Source: Lama guanicoe
Taxonomy: Eukaryota
Direction: 5' to 3'
Assembly: GCA_013239625.1 (NCBI GenBank)
Contig: MU053810.1
Span: forward strand, 939,320-1,003,319
Length of the DNA stretch: 64,000 nt
The position numbers and the translations under genes were made by a program. Numbering within the stretch: the first letter of the stretch is position 1; every line of letters starts with the position of its first letter. Below, piece by piece: positions 26,550 to 41,175 of the stretch. The notes beneath the pieces are model-generated. The model was not told the DNA's origin. It saw only the letters and a program-made list of their open reading frames with translations, and made no database searches.

Positions 26550-29414
26550 TCGCCACCTGGAGACCTCTCTGCTTGTGGGACCCACCCCCATTTGTGCAAC
26601 CCGGGCTTAACACCACCAGGGCATGAGGTCCAGCAGATAAATTCTCTCCTCTTTTCCACTTTTTGGTTCTCCTATCATGGCCAATTTTGCTATTCCATCC
26701 CCTGGAGCTTTAGTTTTCATTACTACTTCACAATTCTTCTAAGAAAGGGAGCAAGCAACGAATATCCTTCCCCTTTTCCTGTCAATACTCTGAACATAGC
26801 CTTGACAAAAATCCATCTCTTCATTGGATTCCAGAGCCGTCCACAACAACACTGTCATACGATCTTACTTCAGGTCAGATGCTCTGTATCTATCTACTGC
26901 ATTAAATTGTACTTGCTGTATACCTTTGGATTGTCTCATAAGCAATTTCTCCCTTTCTGTAATGTACCCGCACATAATAAATGAGGGCTTTATTTTCCTT
27001 TACTAATTTTACTCCCTACTTTCTGGCGAAACAGTTACAGTTATCTCGCCTTCCATCTAGGTGCTATTCCAACTTCTAAAAATGATTTGATCTTCTCTTT
27101 ACCTTAGTCTGTGAATCTTTCTAATTTCTCCCAGCCCTCCTTGCTTTTGTTAATCACCTGCCTCGAACATACCTTTCTGTGTCTTGCGGTGAAAGTCTCT
27201 GACCTGTACTTTCTCACCCCAACCCCATATCATACACGTCTTATGTTCTCTGACTCAGAACTACAGTTGAATAAAATCCAAAGACCTCTGAACACAAGCC
27301 TTTAAAAGGCTGAAGCAAAAGTAGCTCAAAAGAGAGAAGAGAATGGTGAATGGCGTGAGAAACACCAGATGTGTCTTTGTTTGCCACTAAAGAGCAAAAA
27401 CAGAAGGAAAAAAAAAACACCTTTATTTTCACTCAGACATCTTCCTGTTCTCTTTCAAACTTTGGCAGCTCCCTTCCATGAAGTTTTGTACTAATAGCAA
27501 GCAGCCTGTCCTCTGGCTCCATTCCTCCCACTCCTACCTCTGCATTCTCGCTGAAGGATAAAGGGCGAAGGGCAAGTACAAAAGCAAATGTCAAGAAATC
27601 ATGCATCACTAAGATTCAGTCAAAACATTCGGCGTATCTCAGGTCTGATTTGTTTGTGTCGCTTCTGCCTTTAAGCTTCCAATGCCGGGTCTTTGGGGTG
27701 TCATCTGGAGGGATGCAAGTTCTGGTCATTTTTAGGTAACAGAAGTAGCGTGATCCAAGTTCCACTTTTGTTCTAAACACAAACACATATGGACTCCCAC
27801 GCAGTCAGTTTTCTTTTTTATAATCACGTATTTCCTGAACTGGTCACCTTCACGTCAGACTGCCCATCCTCGTTGCCATCTTGTTCGTACTACTTTCATC
27901 ATTCCGTGATCTAATTCCTTCTCTCTGTGATCATTATTATTTGGTGCCACTCTTCTCTCGCTGTCTTTGTCAAAAGCTGGCTCCCCAAACATTACAACAA
28001 AAGCTTTTGATAAGACAGATTTGTCGCTGAATTTATTGCTTACCACCGCAAGGGGGAAGGCCACCTCGTCTATTGAGTATACAATAGCATCGTGTCTAAA
28101 AAAGCCAATGAATTGGAAATTGGAAATTTGGGTGAAGGCAGGTCTTTCAGTGCAAGGACTTGGGTAACAATCATGATATAATAGTTCAGGCTGATTAGAC
28201 ACAGCAAGGTGAAGATTTTGAGGCAGAAATTCAAAGAATCTTATGGTGCAAACCCAAGACAGTCCTGGAAGAGTCACGCATTGCTAATGAAGACAGTAGA
28301 AGATGGTAGAGCCGTGTTAAGGAAGAGGGTAGGATGTGGCTCTGATTTGGACACCCAGGCTGAGTGATGGGGTTGACAGTTTTGGTTCTCACCGTCAACC
28401 TCCTATATATCCTTGGAGAACTAAAGTGCCTAAAAATAAATGTGCTTTTTCTGACAGCCTCATCATGAACAGAAAGATTATTTTCTATCCAGAAGTGGAA
28501 TTGCTGGGTTAATTTTTTTTGGATACAGATTGAAAATGTTTTTTTTAAAGCTCAGTATAAGACATTAAATTAGGAACCTGATTCTGTCATCTGAATTATT
28601 CGCTATTCTACACAGCTTCTAGTTATTGGGAAAATGTCTTCAGAAGTCCCTCAACCAAGCCATTGGTGAGGTCGAAGCAGAGGACAGTAGTGTGCAGTTA
28701 ATTACCTACCTGCTTTCACTTTGTCATCATGTATTTTGGAATTATTGGCAACTTTTTTTTTAACAAGCACTGAATTGTAAATAACTGGAATTACATCAAA
28801 CACACATTTTCCCAGAGAAATCCCAGTAACATCAGAGGTTACTGAAGAAGCAGATGAAAACAGAGCTGCTTTCTTTCTTAATGGCTCACATACTTTCTTT
28901 GAACTATTCTAAAATCATTTCCTGGATAGGTATCAAATCCGAGCCTGCAATTTGCAGAGTCCCCGTTGCTTATTCTCTGTGAATACTTTCCCTGTGAGCT
29001 CACTCTGTTGTGCACTGGGATACATTGATGAAGAAGATCTTAACCCTGTCTGTTCTACCGGGGAGCAGACACATGGACCATTACAATGCACTCTGATAAT
29101 TGGCATGGAATTCATATGAGGCAGGGTTTCACTTGTGTGGTGGCTGTATTCAGGAATCTACCAGCCTTGAGACTTGGCACAGATGACTGACTGGGATGTC
29201 TTCCTTGGGTTGTCCCAAGGAAGATCTGAACTGGTTTAGGGGCACTAAGTATGTTGCTGCCATCTACCAGATGGGTGCAGAGCTAAACTTATGGATGAAT
29301 GGAAGTCTTAGACTTACATGGAGTGAACAGAAAAGTAAAAGTATAGACTGATCCATTTTAATTAAAAAAAAACTCACAGTGATAGTGGTTCTGAATTCTA
29401 CGACCAGAGTCCAT

Positions 29415-29915
29415 GCATACCTTGGAGATGTAGATTCAGTTTGAGAGCACTGCTATAAAGTTATTATCGCAATAAAGTGAGTCAGATGAATTTTTTGGTT
29501 TCCCAGTGTGGAAGATATGTTTATATAATATTATAGTCTATTGAGTATACAATAGCATCGTGTCTAAAAAAGCCAATGAATATACCTTTACTAAAAAAAA
29601 AAAAGACTTCATTGCTAAAAAGGTCTAACCATCATCTGAGCCTTCAGTGAGTTGTAATCTTTTTCTAATAGTAACTTCCAAGAGCAGTGATCACAGACCA
29701 CCATAACAAATGTAATAGTAACAACAGCATTTAAAATATTGTGAGATTTACCAAAATGTGACAGAGACACGAAGTGAGCAAATGTTGTTGGAAAAATGGT
29801 GCTGATAAACTTGCTTGACCCAGGGTTGCCAGGAACCTTCATTATATTAAAAAAAAAATTTGCAGTATTTGCAAACTGCAGTAAAGCAAAGGGCAATAAA
29901 ACAAGGTCTCCCCAT
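29415..29915 (+). mobile_element. Internally deleted Tigger1 derivative
   Basis: cataccttggagat start; atcatctgagccttcag; aaaatgtgacagagacacgaagtgagc; gcaataaaacaagg end. Confidence 0.8.
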
Positions 29916-30539
29916 ATGGATTTTCTGTTTGAGTTAAACAAATGGGACAGATAAGGAAAGTGAAAACATTTTGATATTAAGAGAACTGTTCAAACGTCCC
30001 ATTTCAGAACCCAGATTTTCAGTACTAACAGACTTTCCCTATCGCAATAATTATTCTTTCTTTAGATTAGGTTTTATATCGTGCTTTTAGCTGCATTATG
30101 TAACGTGAAAGTTTAAACTTATTCTATCTTTTTGTTTTAAAATTTATTTATTAATATTTGATAAGTGTTAAAAATTACACAAGGTAAGAGAAGATTATCC
30201 ATAATCTATCATTTGGAGGAAATACTGAAAGATAGAAATGAGAATCTCACTTCTGCCCATGATACCACCTGAAGGGGTGGCAGCTACTTATAGTCTTGTT
30301 AATATCCTTCTGAATGAAGCGTTCTTTGTCTCAGTTCCGGACGAATTCTGAATATGGGTTGAGTCCATTACAATACATCCTTTACAGAATAAATTTGTAT
30401 GCGCTTCTTGGAGTATTTACTGTTATTCCCATGAAGCTGGGACAAGGCCTTAATTAGCTCTTTGTGCCTTGGCGGCCCTGCCCATAACTAGACTTAAACC
30501 CCAGCCTACCCTGGCTGTGGATGGGCTGGGCTTGATAAA

Positions 30540-31310
30540 AGAAATTATGCACCATAGAAGTTGCAAGAATCAGGTGTATGTGTACACCATCCAGAGCCTA
30601 AGGAGAACCCCAGGGCTGGATTGTGAGGGTACCAGGAGGTTAGGCTGAATTAGCAATAATTCATGGACTTGGGAGAACTTCTTCACAGCACAGGATTTTA
30701 AACCCCAGTAAAGAGTCCAGGGGATGAGGGGGAACTCATTTCTGGATGGCTCTTATAAGCCTAGAGAAAGTGATGGGCAGAGGCAAGTGAAGTGGATGTG
30801 CCTGAGTTTTCTGGGCAGAGGGTAGAGCTGAGGGACACACACTAGAGGCAAGTGGGGAAGCCCGGAGGATCCATCATGAACCAAGACCATGAGGGGGATG
30901 CGCTGGTGAACTTGACACCAGCATCACCAAGTTCAGTGGTGACTCTGCTCAGTAGGCTAGAGCTTTTGATAGGATAGGTGGTCAAAGAATTGGGCTCATA
31001 AGAATCCAGGGGGATGATGGGGCCTTGGATCAGGTGGTGGGTTCTAATTGCCAGAAGCCAGGAGGCTGTAACTCAGGATCATAATGATCCTCAAGGTCAG
31101 AGGGGCAGCCAAATGGCCTTGACCCACAGGGAGTTGTGGATATGGTTATCAGCGTTTGGCATCCTAAGGGGAACCACAGATGCACAACCATTGAAGGGGC
31201 TGCTTCACATTTACCAGTAGAAAAGGGGAAAATGGAGAAGCAGAAGGTTGAGGGCTGCTAGCCCGACAAGCTTGCTCAGTTCTTGGACTCATGCCAAATT
31301 TCTTGGTGTC
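30540..31310 (+). mobile_element. Degenerate ERVL/MaLR internal (gag-like) fragment
   Basis: ORF 31014-31220 has LTHRELWIWLSAFGILRGTTDAQPLKGLLHIYQ, resembling the ERVL gag motif LTRRDLWRWLINHGVPRSEIDGQPT. Confidence 0.6.
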
Positions 31311-31314
31311 AATA

Positions 31315-32945
31315 GGCTCTATTTTTTAGAGGAATTTTAGGTTTACAGAGAATTGTACATTGCACAGGAAGTACAGAGAGTTCTGACATAGCCCCTCTCC
31401 CCTGCCCCACCCCTACAGTTTCTCCGGTTGTTTGCATCCTGCATTGGTCTGGTATGTTTGTTACAATTGATGGACCAACACTGACATTATTATTAGCTAA
31501 GATCTGTGGTCTACATTAGGGTTCACTTTGTTGTGCAGGTCTGTGGGTTTTAACAAATGTGTAACATCACATATCTACTGTTACAGCAGCACATAGAGCA
31601 ATTTCAACACCCTAAAAATTCTGTGCCCATCAGTTACTTCTTTCTTTGGAAACCCTGGCAACTACTTATCTTTTCACTATCTCTATAGTTTTGCCTTTAC
31701 TAAAATGCCAAGCAGTTGGAATCAAGCAATGTATAGCTTTCAGACATATGTCTTTTACTTAGAATAAGCATTTAATTTCCTCTGTGTTTTCATAGCTTAT
31801 TTCCTCTTATCACTAAAATGCTATTCCATTGTATGGATGTATTACAATTTGTTTATTTGTTCAACTATTGAAGGACATCTTGATAATTTCCAGTTTTGGG
31901 TGATTATAAATAAAGTGCTATAAATATTTATGTGAACACGTTGTGGATACAGTTTTCAAACAATTTGGCTAAATACCAAGGAGTGTGACTGCAGGATCAC
32001 AAGGTAGAGTATGTTTAGTTTTGTAAGAAACTGCTAAACTGTCTTCCAAAGTGACTGTACCATTTTGCATTACCATCAACAGGAGATGCGGGTCCTGCTT
32101 TTTTTGGGATTTTTGCCATTTTAATAAGAGTGTAGTATCGTATCATTGTTTTAACATGCGATTCCCTGAACACATTATGTTGAGCATCTTTTCATATGCT
32201 TATTTGCCATCTGTATATCTGTTTAGTTGAGGTATCTGTTCACATTTTTTGCTCATTAAATTTTTTTTTCTAGCTTTTGGAGATACAATTGACATACAAC
32301 TGTGCAAATTGAAGGTGTACAACTGTGTTGCTTTGATACACTTACTATTGAAAAATGATCACCACCATAGTGTAGGCCAACACCTCTGTTCCATCATATA
32401 TCATTTATTTTTTGTGGTGAGAACATTTAAGATCCATTCTTAACAACTTTCAAGTATTATTAATGCAGCCTTATTAAGCACAATCACCATGTTGTACATC
32501 AGATCACAATAATTTATTCATTTTTTAAGTGGAAGTTTGTACACTTTGATCAATTTCTCCCCGTCTCCCCCTTTCCAGTCCCTGGTAACCACCATTGTAC
32601 TCCCTATTTCTATGAACTCACCTTTTTTAGATTCTACATGTAAGTTATGTACAGTACTTGTCTTTGTCTGTCTGGCTTACTTAGCACAATGCTCTCAAGG
32701 TCCATCCATGTCATCACAAATGGCACCATTTCCTTCTTTCTCATGGCTGAGTAGCACTCCATTGTGTACATATACCACATCTTCTTTATCCATTTATCTG
32801 TTGACAGATGCTTGGGTTACTTCTATATCTTGACTGCTGTAAACAATGTTGCAATGAAAATGGAATCCAGATATGTTTTCAATATCCTGTTTTCATTTCC
32901 TATTGGATATATTCTCAGAAATGGGATTATGGGATCATATTGTAT
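31315..32945 (-). mobile_element. Two L1 3'-end fragments (older L1MC-like, then younger at about 32260-32945)
   Basis: Antisense L1 3'UTR motifs (ttttaggtttacag, tattccattgtatggatg, gtggtgagaacatttaagatc). Confidence 0.75.
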
Positions 32946-33934
32946 AGTCATTTTTTTCTATCTTGAGTTCTAATCCAAGTTGCATCATTTAACAGTCATG
33001 TGATCTTGGACAACTGAGTAATATTTATCTTCAAGGAGAAGTAGGGAACAGTGCACGGTGTGTTTTGGACATGATGAGACGATGTGTATAATGCACCCAG
33101 TCTGGCGTTAGGGCGCTGAATCTGTAAGACTTTTCCCCCTTCCTCAATAAACCAGATAAAAACAAGCCTGGTTGCTATCATTACCAGGTTATTTTCTTCC
33201 CCTTTTGGCATATGTAGAGAAAAAGTGATAAAGAAATTACTAGTTGAATATAATTTTATCTTTTGGCAACAAAATAAAATCTTGGTTTATAAAATATTAC
33301 ACTACTGGACTGTACTGATTTACTTTGGTTGCCACCACTCCAATTCATTTCTTGTCTAAATGATGAATGACACTTGAAACAGTATAAGGTAATGTTATTT
33401 TTAGTAGGCAGTAGCAGTTAATAAAGGAGTTTCCCAGCTGAAACTCGGCAATAAACAGCCCTGACAGCAATGAAATACGTGGGTTTTTTTTTTCTAAATG
33501 GAAACTAGTGAACATTTAAAATGTTACAGCACCTGAATTCAGAATCAGGATATAAAAGTGACATGTTTCTATGTTTGCATGCCTCTTTACACTCTTCTTT
33601 CCCTCTCTTCTTCTTTCATTCTCTCAGTTTTACTTTCTCCTTTCTCTTTCTTCCTCCCTTAAAAACTAAAACCTGAAATGAGTTTTGACATGATACAATC
33701 CTCTACTCATTTAGTGTGGGGGGTGGGCTGAGTGCCTGGCCAGTGTAACACAAAATTGCAACTTCAAAACCTAAAGGGCCTTTTAAAACAGCACGAGACT
33801 TATAAATGGAAAAGGCATATTGAATGCAAGAACTATATTTCTTTTATGTAGTGGCATTTTAAAATTTCAGATCTTGCATTTGTTTACATGTGCCGAGTGA
33901 AAGTTGAAATAATCATGAACCCCTTCATAGGTTA

Positions 33935-34731
33935 CATTCAATTAGCAGCTACTTACTGAGCAATATTATCTGCCAGCAACGTTGCTAGTGACTGGGAGTG
34001 CAGATAGTGAGAAAGTCACAATCCATCTGCAGTCTTACAGGCTAGTGGAGGAACCACTGAAATAAACAGGCAGCAACCACACCCCATAGAGCTACCATCA
34101 GTGAGAACAGAAGGCTGTGAGAGCAGGAGTGAAATTTAACTCAGCCTGGGGGAATAAGCCAAGATACTTTGGAGATAGTCCTCGAAGCTAGAAGATAGAG
34201 AGTAATTTGTGTTAATCTGGTGATTGGGGTGGGGAAGGGATCTCAGTTCTGGAGTCAACAGGTGGCATGTTCAGAAAGCTGTCAGTGTAAGAGTGGAGTC
34301 AGGCTGCAGCTGAGAATGTAAGGGAAGGGATCATCAGCAGTGAATCTCAGAAGGTAAACTGTGTTTGCGAATTCATGCAAAGGACTGTGGCATTTATACT
34401 TATTGCAGTTGGAGATATGCAGGCGTGGCTTTATGCTTTAAAATGATCACTCTGCTTGAAGAATGGAAAATGAGTTGTGGGGAGGGTTCAGGGTGTTGCT
34501 GAGATGAGAACTGACATCTACATAAAATGCCTAAGACTTGATGATTGATGGGTTGAGTGGGTGAGAGAATAGTCCAGGACCAACATATGGGTTCCTGGCT
34601 TGGGAAGATGGACAGAAGAAGGTGCCTTCATTGAAATATAGAATATGGGAGTAAAGGCTGGTTGGCTGGGTTGGGGAAAGAAAGATGAGGTTCATTTCTG
34701 ATTCAAATAGACATGCCAGTTAGTCTGTCTA

Positions 34732-34771
<40 letters not shown>

Positions 34772-34990
34772 GTGTGCACTCAGGAAGGAGACATAAGATA
34801 CAGGTTTGATAGCATGTCATATCAGGACTTCAGATATAGATTTGAGAGATAGCAATGTAATTGATAATACCTGAAACCATGAGCATGAAGAGAAAGCCTA
34901 GAAAAAGTACAATCTGAGCAGAGAAGGACTAACTCTAAGAGTTCTAACATAGAACTCTAAGGACAATCAACATTTAAGAGACATCCAAAG
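33935..34990 (-). mobile_element. L2 remnant containing (TG)n at about 34738-34768
   Basis: cattca...tactgagca...gccagc antisense 3' end; aaatgatcactctg; ggttcctggcttggg. Confidence 0.55.
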
Positions 34991-36304
34991 AGAAGTAGGC
35001 AACAGATTACTTACTTACAAAGCAGAGAGGTAAGGGTAATAAATATTTCTGAACTGGAATGATTCACAGAGCAATAAAATGCTAGATTGTTTTCAATGTT
35101 AGGGCCAAATTATGGATCTTCCTCCTAGAATCCTGAATCCTGAATATCTTAGAACTTGATATTTTTTTTTAATTGGGTCTTTTTTTCTTAGGATATGTGA
35201 AAAATCTTGCTTTCCTTATATCTTCTTTAAATGTGGAGATGCATCATCTGTCCTTGATCTATGGTTCTTTCTACTCTACATTCTCCAATTGCTTCTTGCA
35301 GTCTTCTGATGTCTTCATCTCTGACTGTTAAATTGCCAAAATTAAAAGAAAGTAGTGGAATAGAACTTTAATTTATGCCTTTAAGAAATCAAATATAAGG
35401 GAATATTTTGGATATTCAACCTTCATATAATTTCTATAATTATTCAGCACCACAGAATTTTATTATGTATAATATAAAGCACATGTTCTGAACTTTAGAA
35501 TACCGTTCATTCTGAATATGCATCCTGAGAGCATATGCTTCACTTGTAAAATCAAATTAAGATGAATTGGCAGGAGAATCCATGTCCTACAGAAGAAGGA
35601 ACACTTCACTCAGCCACAGTATATTTGAATTTCAGTTTCTAACACCAAATTACTGTGTTTTCTCATAAATATCCCTTAACTTTCTTGGGTCCAATTTATG
35701 TGATTTGGAAAATAATGATCTCCAATTTCCCTTCAGCTTTTAAAATCCTGTGGTTCTCAGTTTATCTAAACAAACAATGCAAAGTTTCTGTTTAGTGACA
35801 GAGGACAAGAAGCATTTCATTCTCAAAAAACAATTCTAATAACTGGGACTGAAATATTTGAATAAGTTTTTGTAACAATAATGTTAAAAGTGACATGAAC
35901 ATGATTAAGTAAGCATAGGAATTAACATAGAGCATTTTCATGTTACTTATAACTTTATTTTGGTTTCCCCTCCATTTAAGTGCCTGCCCTTTGCTTTCAA
36001 AATTTTATTGCAGGAGATAGCATGATCATAAGGGCTTCAATTGTTTAAGCCTGATGTACACATAAGGCAATAAACAGCCATGCTTAGCTAGATAGAGAGA
36101 TGGTGCAATTGCTCAGGTTAAATATTTTCTAAAGACACTCCTCTGAAAGAGTAAATGGACTGCCTTAGACCCATTTGCTCAGACTTGCAGATAGTTACCA
36201 ATAGTTTCCATTCCTAAGAGGCAAACCTGGAACTGGAAGAATAGAGAAAAGAAACAAAATGTTTCCAACTTCGGACCCAGCCATTACGATGGCCTGATCT
36301 CTAG

Positions 36305-36598
<294 letters not shown>

Positions 36599-37347
36599 TA
36601 GATACCTGGCCCGGCACGGAAGCCATTCATATGCTTTTGGTGTCAATCGGAAAGTAAAATATTCTTTTAAATGAAGTGACAGATCCACAAAGTAATGAAA
36701 TGGCTTCAGATGGCTAAGATTCTAACTGGATGGAATGCATTTTGAATGAGGTTTTACTGATTATAAAGGAGTGAGATGCAGAAAGGAAGCTTTCAATGGT
36801 ATATTAGTGAATCAAGATTCAAAAGAAGTTTATTATTGCAGCCTTAAAATGCAGCGATGGAAATTGTGAGCTTAAGTTGGAATTCAGTTTGGAAATACTT
36901 TAAATGAATTTTAGATTGGGTGAGAAGACTTTATTTTTGCTTATAGGATGCTACCACCAAGTGAGTTGGTACCTACCGTACACAGCACAATCTCTGACTT
37001 GGATCCTTTGATTTGAGGGTAGGGGCGTTAGCAAAAGCTTCAGAGAGTGTACAATAACATTGACTTAATTATCTGGAGGTGCTAAGTCTAGCATTTTAGA
37101 GCAATTGACTCAAACGTATTTTCTGTTTTGTATTCAGATGCAATATTAATCAGTGCTTCCAGAACTCTTTTCTTCTCCTACGTGAGGTTCTACATGTTTG
37201 ATTTTGCTATTTTTGGCCTTTTATTCACATATTCAGTTGTTATGATGTTAAAACAAGAAAAGTGATGACTGAAAAATTTCTTCTGTCTAGAAGGAACCAG
37301 GTGAATGATGTTTCTCCCGTAGTTTGGGGTGGCCATCATGCTGTTAG

Positions 37348-37700
37348 GAACGATTTGTTCTTTTTCTTCAGGATTGCTTTGGCAATTCTGGGTCTTTTAT
37401 GGTTCCATATAAATTTGAGGGTTATTTGTTCCACCTTTGTGGAAAACATTGTGGGCAATTTGGTAGGGATCCGATTAAATCTGCAGATTGCTTTGGGTAC
37501 TATGGTGATTTTTAACTGTATTATTTCTTCCAATCCAAGATCATGGGATATCTTTCCATTTCTTTAAATCATCTTCAGTTTTCGTTATCGATGTTTCATC
37601 GTTCTCAGAATATAAGCCTTTCACCTCCTTGGTCAGGTTTATTCCTGTTTGGTGTGATTTTGAAACGGATTGTTTTTTCCCTTTCCCTTTCTGACAACTC
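37348..37700 (-). mobile_element. L1 ORF2 internal fragment
   Basis: ORF 37336-37533 has [15 protein letters not shown]...[22 protein letters not shown]. Confidence 0.85.
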
Positions 37701-40700
37701 ATTGTCGAATACAAAACACATCCAAAGACAGGGATTCATTTGTATCTGTCCAGTTTCCCCAGAGAGGCTACACGTGGATGGACTGCCCTTTCTCCGGCCT
37801 GTCGGGGAGTAGTCCTTGCTGTTCTTTGGTGAGCAGCAAGGAGGAACCACTGCGTGGTTTGACAAGAAGTGCAAAGTCCCTTCCATTATTAGTCGCTACG
37901 AAGCTTCCTTTCGCACGGTTGCTGTGATAACACGCATGGTCCTGCTTCAGGGAAAAGGTTAATGTGAAAAAAGGAGAGAGCCGCTGAGTGGGAAAGGTCT
38001 CGGCTGCATGGAAGATTCTAATAATGCCAGCCTTAGAGGAAAGTGAAGGAACAGGTCTGCCAAATAAACAGATTTCATTTTAAATGTTAGCACTGGGAGA
38101 TCACCTTTTGACTTTTCATTTTCATTTCTGAGAAGTTTCCACTTTGGTATTTTATTTAAAATGTGGACCGTAACCTGTAGATAAAATTGAGAATCGTTCT
38201 AAAGCATTTCTTTGGTGCACCCACTAGGGGGAAACAATTGTGAAGGAATATTGATGGCCAAGCAATTTCTCTCTTGAAAATCTGTGATGCTCAACTTACA
38301 AGATTTTTTTTTCCCCCAAAGCTAACCTTATAATGATGCTAAAGTCATTTTGGAAAAAAAAATTCTGTGACCCTCTTTGATGGCTAAATGGTGTGACCTT
38401 TAAAGAAACAGATAAATATGTTGACTTTTTAAAATGAAATTGGCATAGTGGAAGTTGAGTTTCAGATGCAACTGATTCTATTAATTTTTTTTGAGAATTT
38501 TCTCATTTTACATGATGAACCTGTTTTTCAGAATTTTTGAACATTTTTTAAACTCAGTATTTTTAAAAGATTTAGGTTTAGAAAGACTAGATCTTCACAA
38601 TGGAATAAATTCTATATACATACAATATTGAACACAATGAACCGGGAGCAAAAAAATAATTCTGAGGTGTAACAACTGTTTGATTCTAGTGTTGACAAGA
38701 ATCTTTCTTCATTAGAACTTATTGATATCCTGAGCCAGGAAATAAATGTGGGTATGTTTTAATCATGTGTCTAGTGTTGCATTGTCTGTTTCTGTGTGGA
38801 TCCCAATTGCCTGGTCTTCCTCATCCTATTAAGGACAGCAATAGTCTAGCTTCTCTTCCAGCATTTGCTCCAAATTCTTTGATGTGCAAAGGCTTTACTC
38901 TGTTTTATTTTTACTTAACAATTAAGAGAGTAATATTACACTTGTTACTGTCATTCAGTCCAAGTCAACCATAAGATTATAGAAACTGTACTTATTCATA
39001 CGGTGTTGAGATATGTCCGATGAAGTGGGTGCATCTCTACCACTGGAGTATTGCCAGAAAATGTTCTCAATTACTTTAGCATTCCTGAAGTTGGTATTCA
39101 AGTTCACTGTTACATGTGTTTATTTTTAGAGCTAAATTTATTGGGACTCAAAAGGGAAAAATATATTATTATTCTGACAATTTCTCTCCTACCTCGATGT
39201 CATGTTTAAGAATTTTTCCATTTGGCCTAGTATTTTTGTAAGGAAATAGGAATATATTTTTATGCTTTGCTTTGATAGAATATATCATAAAGTTTTGAAG
39301 CTTTACCTAACTTCTTTTGTAAACTTTATTGGCTTTTGGAATGAGGATTTTTGCAGAAGGTATTTACTTCATATAAATCTAAATTAATATATGAAATGTG
39401 TGAAAATTACCTTAAAGGTGCATTCTCAAAATCTGAGAGGTGACAGTGTTTAATCAAATGGTATTAAACATTGTTTCTGCAGTAGGATGACAAATGTCAA
39501 CTACTTTTAAAAGAATTGTAAATGTTAAGTACTTTTAAAAGAATTGTAAAAGTTCACTGAAGTACTTGAAGATAAGCATTAAGAGAATGAAAAATGAGAT
39601 TTCATGTGTAATATGTATCTTACCACTACATTGGATACAAAATATTTTAAGCATATTTTTATGAAACAACTAAAAATTCTATTCACCGTAGCAAGATTTT
39701 AATTCAGAATTCAATGTCTGTTTCTCTTCACATTCCAATTATAACAGCTCTAACTTTCCTAGAGGCAATGGTCAGAAAGGGGTCATATACAAGGAAATAA
39801 TTAAAGAAAAAAAAGAGTTATTAAGGTTTCACGATTTGTCACCAAAGGGATCTACCCTGAAGATTCTGAAAGTGCCAAAGCAGGCTCGTATGATGTGCAG
39901 TTAGAATGTGATGCTGTCCCTACAAGTTTGTTCAGAAGGAGCAAGAACCCCGGAGGGGAGTCACTACATGCAGCACCCATGTGGTCTAAAGGATGGAGGG
40001 AAAAGGAAAAGGGAGACCAGAGGGAGAAAGGACTGTTGAAGATGGACTCTGAATGGCCTGGAAGGTCATTTGATAAGAAAAGTAAACACCTGTATGTAGC
40101 ATGTCCTCATGCTATCTCATAATAAGTTTTTTTGTTTGTTTGTTTTTGTTTTTTCTGGTAATGAAACAATCTTCAAGGTCTTCTGGACACTGAAGGCATA
40201 ACTGTGGAGTCCTCCAGAACGTACAGCCTTGCGGTCGAGCTGGCAAGTCACAGCCTGGGGATCCTGCCCCGGTGGCCGCTGGTGGGGACGAGGCAAACAG
40301 TGAGATTATGAAGATTCGTCTTCTTAATTCTGAAAGTTGGAACTCAGGTCCTAACTTCTAGGAAGGCCCAGAGAAATCTTTATTTCTCTTGGGTTGGATA
40401 AAATAATTTGGTTTCAAAAGGGATCAGATTCTCATTCTAGGATTCCAGTCCCTAAAATGACCAAAGAGGATTCTGGTTTCTAGGTCCATAAGGCTTATTA
40501 CACAAAAACATGGAAAATGTTCACAGACTCTAAGTCTCTGCCTACATGGGTGCCATGGTTTGGAGTCCCAGGACATTTACCCTGATTTCACGAAACAACT
40601 GAAGCACACTGAATCAAGTGCTCAATGAAAAACAGCAAAATATCTGTTTTGTTTATTGCATTGGGCAGACCTGTTAGTACCATTTTGCATTAATGTTTCT

Positions 40701-41000
40701 GTAGATCTTTTGAATTAATAGTGACTAGAGACTCAGACCAGGAGTTTCCATCCTACCATGTTTGACACGTGAATAACTCGAAACTTTAGAAACCTAGTTT
40801 CATAATGACAGTTTTGTTACTGTTTGTAACACTGAAAAAATTTAGGGGATATTATAAAATATATCAAATATTTCTAAATAAAATGACACATTAGTTACTG
40901 ATATTAGAATATGTACTTAAATCTCTTTCATACTGTTTCCTTTCCATAAAATTTGGGTGTAGGCAGGTTCATTTATCTTTATCTAATTGTCAACCAAATA

Positions 41001-41175
41001 CAGTTGACCTTTGAACTACGCAGGTTTGAACTGCCTAAACCACTTATACATGGGTATTTTTCAAGAGTAAATATTGTAGTATGAAAGGGCCTGTGCTTGG
41101 TTGAATCTGCTGATATGGAGGGCTGACTATAAATTATATGAAAATTAAGCCTTGCTGTTATCCAGGGATTAACTG
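41001..41175 (+). mobile_element. MER8/Tigger2-like MITE
   Basis: ta|cagttgacctttgaac ... cagggattaactg|ta terminal inverted repeats with TA flanks. Confidence 0.75.
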
